DNA of 64,000 bases from Octopus vulgaris (GCA_951406725.2 OX597819.1:110546001-110610000); one strand, 5' to 3'; numbered from the stretch's first letter, positions 41,245 through 54,769 are shown. The notes: a model not told the origin generated them from the sequence alone. Made by a program: numbers and translations.

Positions 41245-42003
41245 ATAATTGAGGGTAAAATTAATTAGTTATTAATCAATTTCACCAAGTAGTGTTCAGT
41301 ATGTAAAATGACCATTTAAGGCGTATTCAAAATATTACATTATACAATTAGGGCTTAGTAAAATAAATTACTTTGCCACACACTGAACTTTCTAGAAATA
41401 GCAGCCCAAAAGTTTTTTTATCCATTTCCACTACTGTAAGAAAAATTCTCTCAGATAATGTCTACTCAAAAATAACTCACGAAGATATGGAGTAAAATAT
41501 CACAGTAAAATATCACAAGTACAAAGATCATTTGAGAACGTCACGTTTCTAGATTAGCCGAAATAAAACTCAGCATTTCCTTCGTCATCTCAACATTTCT
41601 TAGTTTGGATTTGAAAGTACTAAAAGAATGAACATACCCGTCGGGCAATGTATCACCTCAGACAAACACCCTCAAGCTGCCAGTACTAGCAAATTCAAAA
41701 TGTACAAGCGAAGATTCATGCTTATTCCTCTTCCACCCACGTGAGTTATCTAGTAAACATACTATAACGGTGAGAACCGTAGTAACAGAACAGGGAGAAA
41801 GGAATTATGATATCAATAATTGAGGGTAAAATTAATTAGTTATTAATCAATTTCACCAAGTAGTGTCGTGAGTTATTTTTGAGTAAACATTATCTGGGAG
41901 AATTTTTCTTAAAGTAGTGGAAATGGCTAAAAACTTTTTGGCTGCTATCTCTAGAAAGTTCAGTGTGTGGCAAAGTAATTTATTTTACTAGGCCCTAATT
42001 ATA

Positions 42004-42005
<2 letters not shown>
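41241..42005 (-). mobile_element. Penelope pLTR-like element in (TA)n with direct and inverted repeats
   Basis: 55-bp exact direct repeat at 41241-41295 and 41812-41866; ~140-bp inverted repeat at 41341-41482 and 41866-42005; hammerhead-like motif at 41532-41593 on the minus strand. Confidence 0.7.
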
Positions 42006-42067
<62 letters not shown>

Positions 42068-42092
42068 TATATATATATTTATATATATATAT

Positions 42093-42124
<32 letters not shown>

Positions 42125-42830
42125 CATCGTTAGTTCGACATAACATATTCTGCTTCACTTGTATATTCTGTCTCTTCGAAGCAAACTCTCAGGTTTATTT
42201 TTGAGTTCTCATTCTAGGTGTCCAAACATAGTTTCTTTAAACTCGTCACTCGCTGGAATATATATGTTTTCTATGGTTCATGAATAGGAGGATCAGGTTT
42301 ACAGCAAGTTCATTTCACCAGAAAGTATTTCAATACATGTTGGCAAGTGGAAATAAGATCAGTTCCTTTCTAAAGAGTAGAATTGCGTGTCAAAATACAT
42401 ATATGTGTATGCGTGTGAGTGTGCGTGTGTGTATGTGTGTGTATACGTACAGAGACATACACGGACAGTCACACTCACGCAGAAATGCATGCGCAGAGAC
42501 GAGCAAGCACACACACGGAGTCACATTCGCACAAAGACATACATGCACACAAACACCCATACATATGAATGTATAGTTTACCCTTTTACTGGCTTCACTC
42601 ATTGGATTGCAGCCAAACAGAGGTAGTACTGCTTCGAAGTGTATACTTAATCAAATCGAACCCTGTAAGTCTGGCATCTATTATATTGGACCCATTTCAC
42701 TGAACCGCTAGTTTTTGGCTACATAAAAAAATGCAAAGAACAGTTCAGATTGTCTAACTGTGAGACTAACGTAAACATAGAGGTGTGTTCCCACACATGC
42801 GGACACAGATAAACACAGACACACACCTGC

Positions 42831-42923
<93 letters not shown>

Positions 42924-44159
42924 CATAGTATTATATTATATTCCGATGAGGTCGACTTTCTTCTTCTTCTTCTTCTTCTTCTTCTTCTTCTTCTCCTCCT
43001 CCTCTTCCTCCCCCTCTTTCTCCTCCTCTTGTTATTATCACTATCATCATCGACAAAACCATTGATCCCGACAGCATGAAAATTCTGGAAGATTTCCTCG
43101 TTCAAAGCGTGAAAGAACACTTCCTTTATTTGGATTAATTCAAACATCCAATGCAAGTTGCACAACATTGCTTTCGAAAAATAAATGAAGATAAGTTGTT
43201 ATAGGGTATTTGCCTCTTCGTACATTTGTAAATATTAGCGACTACTGCAGCAAAAATGTGCGATAATATCCTATCACAAAATGAAAACTGCACCCAGCTA
43301 AAATAATATTTTTTAGTAGTAAACACAAATATGCACAAATTCACTTGCACAAACACAAATATTAATATCATAATATAAATAAAACATCGGAAGCAAACAC
43401 TCACAAGTTTTGTCGTTGCCTTGCTTTTACAGTGTTGATACTAACACGGAATAATTGAATATGGTAGAGTAGCGTGGCCATGAAGAGTGCTATTCTTCTT
43501 GATCATGTTAAGAAGCGAGAAAAAACAGCGAAAAAACTCATGCATATTTGTTTCTCTAAGAATGTGGCTACTTTCCGTTCACAAACGAAGCAACAGTTAT
43601 AAGTGTCCCTGGCCAATGCAGGGAAGGTCATTATCCCAATGGGTTGAGGTAAAGCGTACGAACGTAAAACTTTCATATGTACACAAATGAAAACAAGCTG
43701 AGTATATGTTGCACAACCTGCCTTGGTCAGAGTGAAGGATGCTTATGACGACTTTAGTTCATCGTTACTGTCGTAACACAGTATTGACAAGCACTGGTAG
43801 TGCTGAAGTCATGAATAATAGCATATGGTCAGGTATGGTGTCACCAGACATAGAAGACCACTTGAGAGACGAAGACGAAAGGAACAGTGCAGGAATATTC
43901 CTAGTTATGAGTAAGTATAGAAGGTGATTAGACTGATATAGAGGACAGAAGGTTTCACTCGCTTTCGCTGTGGTAGATAAAACCCACATGAAAAACCGGA
44001 ATCTGTATGATGGGACAACAAATCAGAAATAAAAATGTAACCATAGAGATAACAATAACGTGTCCCAGGAGGAGCTACCGCAAGCAACTGACGAGGATCC
44101 CGAAGGATCTCTTTCTCCTGGCCTTGAACAGCGATGTAAAGAGATCGGAGAAGGATTCG

Positions 44160-44580
44160 TTCAATAGTGGCAACAAGTATCAGAGCGTACTTGTGGCATT
44201 TCGTCCATCTTCGCGTTCTGAGGTAAAATCCCGCTGAGGTTGACTTTACCTTTCATCATTTCGGGGTCGACAAAATAATATCAGCCAAGCACTGGGGCCG
44301 ATGTAATCGACTAGACCCCTCCCCTAAAAGCCCAGGCCGTGTTCCTATAGTAAAAAGGAGTATTTAAGACAGCGAACTGGCAGAATCGTTACTATTCCAG
44401 ATAAAATGCTTAGCGGCATCTCTACCGATTTCACGTTCTAAGTTCAAATTTCGCCGAGGTCCCTTTTACCTTTTAGACTACCAGGGCCAATCAAATAAAT
44501 ACCAGTTGAGAACTAGGATCGATGTAATCGAATTACCCCCTCCCCTGAACTTACTGGCCTTGTGTCAAGATTAGAAACCA
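44160..44580 (+). mobile_element. Two adjacent degraded SINE family A copies
   Basis: gactttacctttcatcatttcggggtcga at about 44242; second head gcgaactggcagaatcgtta at about 44372. Confidence 0.75.
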
Positions 44581-45436
44581 TCTCTGTTCTTATTATTTGA
44601 TTTTTAGCTGATTTTATTTTTGTTTCCTTTTCCGTTTCAACGTTTCGGTTTTTTTCTATTTAATGTTTATATTTCGTGTGTTTTATATATTATTTAAAAT
44701 CAAAGTAACATTGCAAACGTCTCCCTCCCTACTACAATATATGCCTCTGTATCATGGACTCTCCTTCCTGTCTTCTTCCTACTTAACACTCCTACATTCA
44801 GCTATGAATGCTATACACCCCTACCCGAACTCTCTACCAGCCCACCGTTATTGAGATATCATTAGGAACGGTGTTGGTACTGAAGTATGGGAGGTAAAAA
44901 AAAAACAAAAACAAAAAAGAAAAAAAAATGAAACAAAGATAAAAATAGAAATAAAACCAATATGCTATTACATCTAAAAGTCTCACCTCCCACCGTTTTC
45001 GTTATGAATTTAAACTAACAGAAATAAACATAAAGAAGAACTATATACACAAACACGTAAAAATATACACATACATGTAATACATAGGTTTAAAAAAAAT
45101 TAAGTCGACAACAAAGAGCGCCATATTTCAATGAAACTCATCATCATAATCATCATCAACAGCAGCAGCAGCAGCAGCAGCAGCAGAAACAGCAGCAGTG
45201 GCAGCAGTAGCAGCGACTCCGGCAACAACAGGAAAAGTAACCACATACAGCAAACATTAATGAAGACAAAATGCATTAAAAAGCTGTAAATTTCTAATTG
45301 AGTCCATTAAGAGGCCACATATATTTATATCACAGACAGAAAGACATGCACACACATTCAAATATACACGCACACACACACATATATACGCACAGACATA
45401 CACACGCACACCTGCATATTTGTGTGCGAGTGTAAG

Positions 45437-45474
<38 letters not shown>

Positions 45475-45560
45475 AGTGTGTATGTATATATTGACATATC
45501 TATAATTTGCATCGCTTCACTTCTACAAGCTTAAGCACAAAAAAAGGCAAACATTCATAT

Positions 45561-45612
<52 letters not shown>

Positions 45613-45632
45613 CGTGGGTGTGTGTGTATGTA

Positions 45633-45677
<45 letters not shown>

Positions 45678-45682
45678 TGTTT

Positions 45683-45797
45683 GCATAAACACATACATAC
45701 ATACTATATGTACTATATATATATACACGCACATATATATACATATATATATATATGTACATATATATATATATGTATATATATATATGTGTGTGTC

Positions 45798-45834
<37 letters not shown>

Positions 45835-45850
45835 ATATATATATATATAT

Positions 45851-45881
<31 letters not shown>

Positions 45882-46008
45882 GAGACACACACACATATAT
45901 ATATATACATATATATATATACGTACATATATATATATATATATGTATATATATGTGCGTGTATATATATATATGCATACATATAGGTATGTATGTATGT
46001 GTTTATGC
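45683..46008. repeat. ~325-bp near-perfect palindrome of compound microsatellite
   Basis: gcataaacacatacatacatac... is mirrored by ...gtatgtatgtatgtgtttatgc, and the interruptions cacgcac/gtgcgtg, gtac and gtct/agac are symmetric. Confidence 0.85.
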
Positions 46009-46087
46009 TTACATACATAGTTGAATGTAAACAAACACATTTCTGTGCATATATATTCAGACACACACACACACACGCGCATATATA

Positions 46088-47134
46088 GTGGTAGTAGCCA
46101 ATGGGGCCACTTCCATTAACACGCAAATAGTGCGCGGTGTTCCGCAAGGCACTGTTTTGGGACCACTACTGTTCATAATGGCCTTCTTAGACATGCCCTC
46201 AGCCACGCAGAGAGCCACGATCACAAGTTATGCAGATGATACAAAAGTTTCACAGGCAGTACAGAACCCTGAAGACACTAAGCACCTGCAATGTGAGCTG
46301 GACAAAATATACAAGTGGGCTGAAAAGAATAGCATGCAGTTCAATGCTGAAAAGTTTCAAGCTTTATGCTATCAGCATGCAAAACTAATTGCAATACCCA
46401 ATAAATGCACTGGACCTGGAGGGATTGCAATCCCAGAGGCACAATCAGTGCGAGACCTGAGTATTTACATGAGTGATGATGCAACCTTTCATGTGCATGT
46501 TGCTAAATTGGCAATGAAATGTGCTGACCGATGGATTCTTAGAACCTTTAGAACAAGAGACCAGGAAACCATGATGGTCCTCTGGAGGACACTTGTCCTA
46601 AGCCACTTTGACTATTGCTCTCAGCTATGGTTACCATCCAGTGTCAAGTTAATCACAGAACTTGAGGCGATCCAACGAAGCTACACGAAGAAGATAGCCT
46701 CTGTGCAGCATATAAGCTATTGGGAAAGACTCAAGAGATTGAAACTCTATTCCTTAGAGCGTAAGCGAGAAAGATATGCCATAATATACATCTGGAAGAT
46801 CCTAGAAGGACTTGTCCCAAACTTTGGCATCGAGAGTTACACAAATGCCAAAACTGGGCGCCACTGCACAGTGCCAAGGACTCCAAATTTGCCCTCAAGA
46901 TGTAGGACAAGATACTGTGATAGCCTGGGCTTCCGAGGCCCACAGCTCTTCAATATCCTCCCGAAGAACCTAAGAGACCTGCATGGGGTGGATGCAGATG
47001 TCTTTAAAATAAAACTAGATCTCTTCTTGTCAGGTGTCCCAGATGAACCAACTTCACGGCAGGAGGTGCAGATGAGGGCAGCTGCGTCGAACTCTCTCGT
47101 GCACCAAATGGCAATTGCTAAAAAGCATTCGTGA
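46088..47134 (+). mobile_element. 5'-truncated CR1/L2-group LINE; stop-free 348-codon RT C-terminal frame
   Basis: Motifs GVPQGTVLGPLLF, YADDTK, MQFNAEKF, VRDL, DYCSQLW, LYSLERKRER, LFNILP and FKIKLD; no endonuclease domain or RT N-terminus. Confidence 0.92.
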
Positions 47135-47185
47135 AGTAAAATCATGTAGCAAACCATATATATATGCGCGTGTGTGTGACAATAT

Positions 47186-47460
<275 letters not shown>

Positions 47461-47474
47461 TTTTAGATATCTTT

Positions 47475-47673
47475 CTTGTTTCAGTCATTCGATTGCAGCA
47501 ATGCTGGAGCACTGTCATGGTGGGTTTTAGTCGAACAAGACAACCCCAGTACTTATTTATTTAAGCCTGGAATTTATTCCATCGATGTCCTTTAGACTGA
47601 CTGCTAAGTTATGGTGACATAAATCAAGAGCGGTTGTCAAGCGGCGGAGTGAGAAACACACACACTCTCTCTC

Positions 47674-47759
<86 letters not shown>

Positions 47760-48010
47760 CGAGTTTCTTTCAGTTTCCGTCTACCAAATCTACTCTAAAC
47801 TTTGGTCGGTTCGGGGCTGTAGTAGAAACATTTGTCCAATGTGCTGCGCAGTGAGATTGAACCAACAGTTCTGCAAAAGACACCGATTGCATAACTACAA
47901 GGCTTAAATAACTTGTACTGGGGTTGATTCATTCAACTAAAAATTCTTCAAGTCCGTGCCCCAGTCTGGCCGCAGTCTAATGACTAAATCAAGTAAAAGA
48001 TAAAAGGATT
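47475..48010. mobile_element. Degraded SINE family B (minus) followed by a family B 3' fragment (plus)
   Basis: gtttcagtcattcgattgcagcaatgctggagcac and cagtttccgtctaccaaat, then ggccgcagtctaatgactaaatcaagtaaaaga. Confidence 0.7.
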
Positions 48011-48372
48011 TATCAGAAACTAGAAGATAGAATATGCATTATATAAATTTAAAATATTTTTTTCTACTCTAGGCACAAGGCCCGAAATTTTTGGGGGAGG
48101 GGGCCAGTCGATCAGATCGACCCCAGTCGATTAGATCGACCCCAGTACGCAACTGGTACTTAATTTATCGACCACGAAGGGATGAAAGGCGATGTCAACT
48201 TTGGCGGAATTTGATAAAGGTAAAATATTAGTTTCAGGTTTTGTCACTGTTACAACGTCGGGTGCAATTACCCAAATTAATATTTGGATGTGGTTATCTG
48301 AAATTACCTATCGCAGAGTTATAATGTTCACACAGAACGCACACCATACTGTTCGAACGTAGGTACGATATT

Positions 48373-48777
48373 CTTTTCTACTCAAGGCACAAAGCCCTAA
48401 ATTTTTTTGGGGGAGGGGGCCAGTACATTAGATCGACCCCAGTATGCAACTGGTACTTAATTAATCGACCCCGAATGAATGGATAAAAGGTAAAGCTGAC
48501 TTCAGCGGAATTTGAAATCAGAACGTAAAGACAGACGAAATATCTATTTCTTTAATACCCACAAGGGGCTAAACACAGAGAGGACAAACAAGGACAGACA
48601 AGGGGATTAAGTCGATTACATCGACCCCAGTGCGTAACTGGTACTTAATTTATCGACCCCGAAATGATGAAAGGCAAAGTCGACCTAGGCGGAATTTGAA
48701 CTCAGAACGTAACGACAGACGAAATACGGCTACGCATTTTGCCCGGCGTGCTAACGTTTCTGCCAGCTCGCCGCTTT
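48373..48777 (-). mobile_element. SINE family A with duplicated body and 17-bp TSD
   Basis: Flanked by aacgtaggtacgatatt at 48356-48372 and 48778-48794; further family A pieces at 48060-48215 and 48945-49120. Confidence 0.92.
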
Positions 48778-49319
48778 AACGTAGGTACGATATTAAACCA
48801 ACACACGTCCCAACTAACACAGTACGGTCGACCAACACTGTCAACTGCCACCCGACAGTTCACGCAGTTCTTTATTTATTGAATTCCGTTAGACCACTTT
48901 CAGCCACGTGGGGGTGTACTGGATTCTCCCAGAACAGGAACAATTTCGGGAAAGTGGATAAATCGATTAGATCGACCCCAGTGATCAACTGGCACTTATT
49001 GTACCGATCTCGAACGGCAAAGCTGACATAGGCAGAATTGGAACTCAGAACGCAAAGATGGATGAAATGCCGCTAAACATTTTGCTAGAAGTGCTAACGA
49101 TTCTGCCTGCTCGTCGCCTTAATATAAAGCTAACATACTAAAAGTTCATGGACAGAAGTTTCAAAAGAGATTGGGAGCTATTGTAACTAAACATGCATTC
49201 TCCCAGAACAGGAACAATATATATATATATTCATGTATTTACTTATAGCAGGCTCTACTTCTTTATGGATTTTGCTCTGTATTATGTAGCAATACACACA
49301 TACATACATGCGTACATGC

Positions 49320-49350
<31 letters not shown>

Positions 49351-49373
49351 TGTATGTATGTATGTATGTATAA

Positions 49374-49428
<55 letters not shown>

Positions 49429-49444
49429 CACACACATATTATAT

Positions 49445-49733
49445 TATATTATATTAGAGGAAAATTCAAAACCAAAGCAGAACAAGTATCTCAAGAATTT
49501 ATTCCTTATAAACTGGAAATTTGATTCCTTGTAAACTCTAAAGTTTCCATGTCTAAAATATTCATACCTTGTCTCTGATGACGGAGTATCCAGTGCGTGG
49601 ACATACTAATCTACCACTTGAGTTGTTCCAGTAAGACTTGAAATTCGCCTTACACTAATTAAATTACTCTAAAGGACTTGAGATATTCGTTCTGCCTTTG
49701 TTTTGGTTTTGATTTTTCCTCTAATATAATATA
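49445..49733 (+). mobile_element. Short element with ~55-bp terminal inverted arms and an internal CTGATGA core
   Basis: 49445-49495 matches the reverse complement of 49677-49733 with one ~6-bp indel; CTGATGA at 49575. Confidence 0.6.
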
Positions 49734-49971
49734 CACCTGCTATAACGGAACCCTAATGCGGATCCCTAGATCCGGTCTTAGCTGCGATCTTGGAACCTAA
49801 TGGTCAACCAACTTACTTAAAGTACTCCTCATATTCTCTCTACATATGTGGTGTGTGCGTGTGTTTGTGTGTACATACACACACACACACACACACACAC
49901 AGACACACAGAGACACACAGACACACACACATACACACACACATACACACACACATATATACATATACATA

Positions 49972-50125
49972 TATACGACGGGCTTCTTTCAGTTTCCGTC
50001 TACCAAATCTACTCACAAGGCTTTGGTCGGCCCTAGGCTATAGTAGAAGACACTTGCTCAAGGTGCTACGCAGTGGGACTGAATGCGAACCATGTGGTTG
50101 GTAAGCAACAGCCACTCCTGTGCCT
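49972..50125 (-). mobile_element. SINE family B, 5' half
   Basis: tacgacgggcttctttcagtttccgtctacc...cagccactcctgtgcc. Confidence 0.85.
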
Positions 50126-50677
50126 ATTTAAATATGAGATATAAATCGACTCAGTGAAAGAAGGAATTATATCTATATTCCTAGGCGTTATAAAAAAAGG
50201 TAGAATAAAAGACCAATCAATCAGGAATCGGTGGAATCTTTCAATTTTTAAAGATATATTTAAACGTGTTTACATCCACTAAAAATTTCCGTCTTCCGAT
50301 GCGATCATTGAATCTGTTAGAAATAACAGCCAAATGCGCTTAAAAATCACATCCTTCCGTTTTAAAAATAAAAGCACCTTGAACGATGAAATTCTGCGGT
50401 ATAGTGTTCTTCGGAAAAGAGCGGTCCTGGGTCTTCGTTGGACACCTTTGATTGTAGAACGACTGGATAATAGGTGACCTGGGGCTAAACGACGGAACGT
50501 ACGGCAACAGCCACTTTACAGAGAGAAAGACAGAGAGAGGGTGAGAGACAAGGAGGAGAAGGGAAAGGAGAGGGGGGAAGGTTAATTGATCAAAGACTGT
50601 AACATATTCGACAGTCTGTTTTATCTGTGGCTCCTTATCATGCATGATCAACTTTTTATTCTTCCTAAAACCTTCAA

Positions 50678-52050
50678 GTGGTGATGGTGGTGGTGGTTGT
50701 GGAGGTTGAGGAGGTAGTGGTGGTGGTGGTGGTGGTTATGGTGGTTGTGGTGGTGGTGGTAAGGGTGATAGTGGTGGTGACGGTAGTGGTAATGTTGGTA
50801 GTGGGGGTGATGGTGGTTATGATAGTTAAGGTGGTGGTGTTACTTTTGGTGGTAGTGGTGGTTGTAGTGGTTGTGGTGGCGATGGTGATGGTGCTGATGG
50901 TGTAAGTGATGGTGATGGTGGTAGTGGAGGTTGTGGTGGCGGTGGTAATGGTGGCAGTGGTGGTGATGGTAATGGTGGTAGTGGTGGTGGTGGTGGTGGT
51001 GGTAATGGTAGTAGTGGTGGTGGTGGTTGTGGTGGTGGTAGTGTTGATGGTAGTGCTGATGGTAGTGTTGATGGTAGCAGTATTTCTTTTGTTGGTGATA
51101 GTGGTAGTAGTAGTATTGGTGGTAGTAGTTGTGGTGGTGATAGTCTTTGTAATTGTGGTAATATGATGATCATTGTGGTAGTGGAGTTGTTGATGGTAGT
51201 GGTGATGGTGGTAGTGGTGATGGTGGTAGTGGTGGTGGTGGTAGTGGTGGTGGTGGTAGTGGTAGTAGTGGTGGTGGTGGTACTAGTAGTTGTGGTCGTA
51301 CTAGTAGTTGTGGTGGTGGTACTAGCAGTTGTGGTGGTGTTGGTAGCTGTGGTAGAGGTGGTAGTGGTGGTGGTTGTGGTAGTGGTAGTGGAGGTGGTGG
51401 TGGTAGTATTGGTGGTGATACTGGTAGTGACTGTGGTTGTGATTGTAGTGGTAGCGGCCTATGGAGGTGTGATAGTAATAGCGCTGGTATTGGTGTCCTT
51501 ATTGGTGGCTTTGGTGATGCTGGTTTTCTTGTTAATAGTGGTGATGCTACTGGTGTGTTAACGGTAGTGTTATTGGTGGTGGCGTTGGCGTTCATTGTGC
51601 TAGTGAGAGTGGTGGTGGAAGTATTGCTAATGTTGATTGAGGTGGTGGTGGTAGTAGAAGTAGTTGTAGTGTGGGTAGTGGTGGTGGTAGTTGTGGTGGT
51701 GGTTGTGTTAGTGATGGTAGTTGTGGCTGTGGTGGTAGTGGTGGTAGTAGCGATAGTGGTGGTTGTGGTCGTGGTGGTAGTGGTAGTAGTGGTAGTTGTT
51801 GTGGTGGTGGTAGTGGTAATAGTTATGGTGGTTGTGGTAGTTATGGTGGTGGTAGTTGTAGTAGGGGTGGTGGTTGTGGTGGTAGTAGCGGTTGTAGTGG
51901 TTGTGGTGGGGGTTGTAGTGATAGTAGCGGTGTAGTGGTAGTGGAGGTGGTGGTGGTAGTAGTAGTGGCAGTGGTTGTAGTGCTTGTAGTAGTGGTGTTG
52001 GTGTTGGTGGTAGTGGTGGTGATGGTGGTGATGAGTGTTGTGAGGTGGTG
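50678..52050. repeat. ~1.4-kb degenerate (GGT/AGT/GAT)n tract
   Basis: Direct inspection; source of the poly-Val, poly-Thr and poly-Pro ORFs. Confidence 0.95.
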
Positions 52051-53020
52051 TTGTTGAATGGATGACATGTGGATTGATGGATCGGAAGGGCAGGATAAGG
52101 AGTCGAAGTAAGAGGAATGAGTTCAAGGAGTGGGAGACGGGAAAAGATATGGCGGCAGAGGCGGCGGCGGTGAAGTTGGTAGTTGGTAGTGGTGGTGGTG
52201 GTGGGGTTGGTATGGATGAGGACTGGAAGGAATGGAGTGGTGGGGGTTGTATATTAAAGAGGTTATGTAATGGGTGAACTTCATTTCTAGGATAGTCCAT
52301 TAATTTAGGAAGAGAGAAAGAGAGAGAGAGGGAGAGGGGGAGGGAGAAAAAAAGAGGGAGAAAGAGTGTGAGGGAGAGAGAGAGACAGAGTAAGAATGAA
52401 AAGTGGGAGAATTGGGGTGAGTGATGTTACACGGTAGGAGGGATTAGGGTAGCTTGCAATTGTCTCAATGACACACTAGGCTTCCTAATGCTGGTACTGC
52501 TGCTGATGCTGGTGCTGGTGATGCTGTTGTTATTGTTGTTGTGTCTTGTTCATGCCAAACACCTTCGTCAGTTTTCTCCACCCCAAATTCCATTCACAAA
52601 CATCACTTTTTTCCTCCCTCAATTGCGCTCTCTCATTCTCTTTCTTCCTTTGTTTCTCTCTCCTTCTCACACTCGTTCTCCCAGTTCCATACACACATAT
52701 ATATGCACTTATATCAACGTTAATACGACTATAAAAAGACTTTGGTAGTCTCTTTTCCTTCGTACCTTAAACCCTGGGCTTGTTTACAAATATTACATGT
52801 AGTTCTAGACAGTTAAATGGCTCAATTGGATGCGCAAGGAGCCGTGTTAGCGTTGATATGTGGGTTCGATTCTCGCTGGAGTTAGCTCATCATTTCTCAG
52901 TCAATTGTTTATATAAATGTCGCTTTAATCGGAGTATATATATATTACTAAATAGTTATATATATGTATATATATATGGCCACAGCTCATGAGCTGAAAC
53001 TAGAATCAATCAATCAATCA

Positions 53021-53077
<57 letters not shown>

Positions 53078-53858
53078 TGTGATAGATAGATAGCTAGATG
53101 GATAGATAGTGCGAGAGAGAGAGAGATGTCCTACGTTCTCTAAGACAAACAGGAAGAATGTTGTATAGAAGAGGTCTTATATTCTATAAAATTTGAATGC
53201 GATATGAGACGTACCAACAAAGTACATCTAAAATCACATGTAACATAACCACGTACTCACCAGAAGGTTAATACTCAATTTTGATTATATTGAGGTTGCA
53301 ACAGCAGATTCTTGTGTAGGAAATGATTCGACACATCGTATTAAATATAATATAGTAATATAACCTTATAGCTTCACAAATCTTTCTAGCGCCGAGTTGC
53401 TTGTTTCAGAGCAAAATCTGCTCACCAGACTGGATAAATGGACGAATGTGAAAAAATTAAGTTATATTCTCCGTAAAGGAAATTTCTTGACATCTTCATG
53501 CGTTGCTGACCATCACCAGATGACAGTTATTTCTCTCCCCACTTCTCTCTCTGTCTTGTAATATTTATATTACAAAAAAATTAAAAGAATAATACATTAA
53601 ACTGATTAGAACTACTAGTGAAGTCGTTTTTCTTTTTCAAAAAAAAAAAAATATATATATGTATATATATATATATATGTATATAGATATGTGCTCTATC
53701 TATTAATCGATCTATGTGTTAGCCAGTCCATCACTCACTCACTCGCTCACTCAATCAGTCAATCGATCACCCTTTCTCTCTTTCTCTCTTTCTCTCTCTC
53801 TCTGTGGATAAATGTGTTCTATCTGTCCATCGACCTGTGTTAATTAATCAGTTCATCA

Positions 53859-53934
<76 letters not shown>

Positions 53935-54116
53935 GTCTGTCTGTCTGTCTGTCTGTCAGTCTGTCTCTGTCTGTCTGTCTACATGTCTAGACAGCGATCT
54001 ATTTATGCTTCACTCCTCTCTTTATATATATATATACATATATACATATGTGTGTATGTATGTGCGTGTATGAGTGTGGATGTGTGTGTATATACATATA
54101 TACATATGCATAATGA

Positions 54117-54158
<42 letters not shown>

Positions 54159-54300
54159 TATATATGTACATGCGTATATACATGCATACACACACAAACA
54201 TATGTATATGTATTTGCATATAGCTACATATGTGTATGTATACACACAAATACATATATGCACACACAAACAAAAAACACACACACAAACACACACACGC

Positions 54301-54337
<37 letters not shown>

Positions 54338-54769
54338 TGCACACACTCACACACAAAGATATCATCAGTGTGTATATCCTCTGATCCCTAAACTAAACGA
54401 TGCCCTAAATTTCTTAAATTGCTGATGTTCATAGTAACCAAAGGTCAGGTCACTAGTGTGGCCCTTAGCGACGCTTAAGAAGGGCCCAATGACCTTTTGT
54501 GTTTCGATTCTATTTTGATTGTGCATCCTTTTGTTTCAAAAGCAAATGATACAAAGGGATTGCGGTATAGGAGGTAGTGTGGTGGTGGTGCTGTGTTTAA
54601 GGTGAAATGAGACGTGTTAGTATAATAGACATGGGTTCTGATGGTGGTGGTGGTGGTGGTAGTGGTGAGTGGTTGTGGTGGATTGGCTGCCGTTTTTGTG
54701 GCGTTGTTAGTGTCGGAATAGTTGTGATGGAGGTTGTAATTGTGGGCAGGGGTTTGGTGACTGCTTTTG

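Noticed and set aside
42140-42390. Possible old RTE 3' remnant on the minus strand
   Set aside because: Only a weak LPxCI..LSGE resemblance with many stops; too degraded to call.
44086-44115. CTGACGA followed by a GGATCC-cgaa-GGATCT hairpin
   Set aside because: No GAAA follows the stem and no stem I or III can be formed, so it is not a hammerhead.
43700-44150. Possible ancient LINE RT remnant on the minus strand
   Set aside because: Only vague similarity (HLLYLLITRNIP) with no diagnostic motif; cannot be supported without a search.
50678-52300. Long Val-, Thr- or Pro-rich ORFs (mucin-like or membrane-like)
   Set aside because: They are translations of a degenerate GGT/AGT tract that lacks stops by composition.
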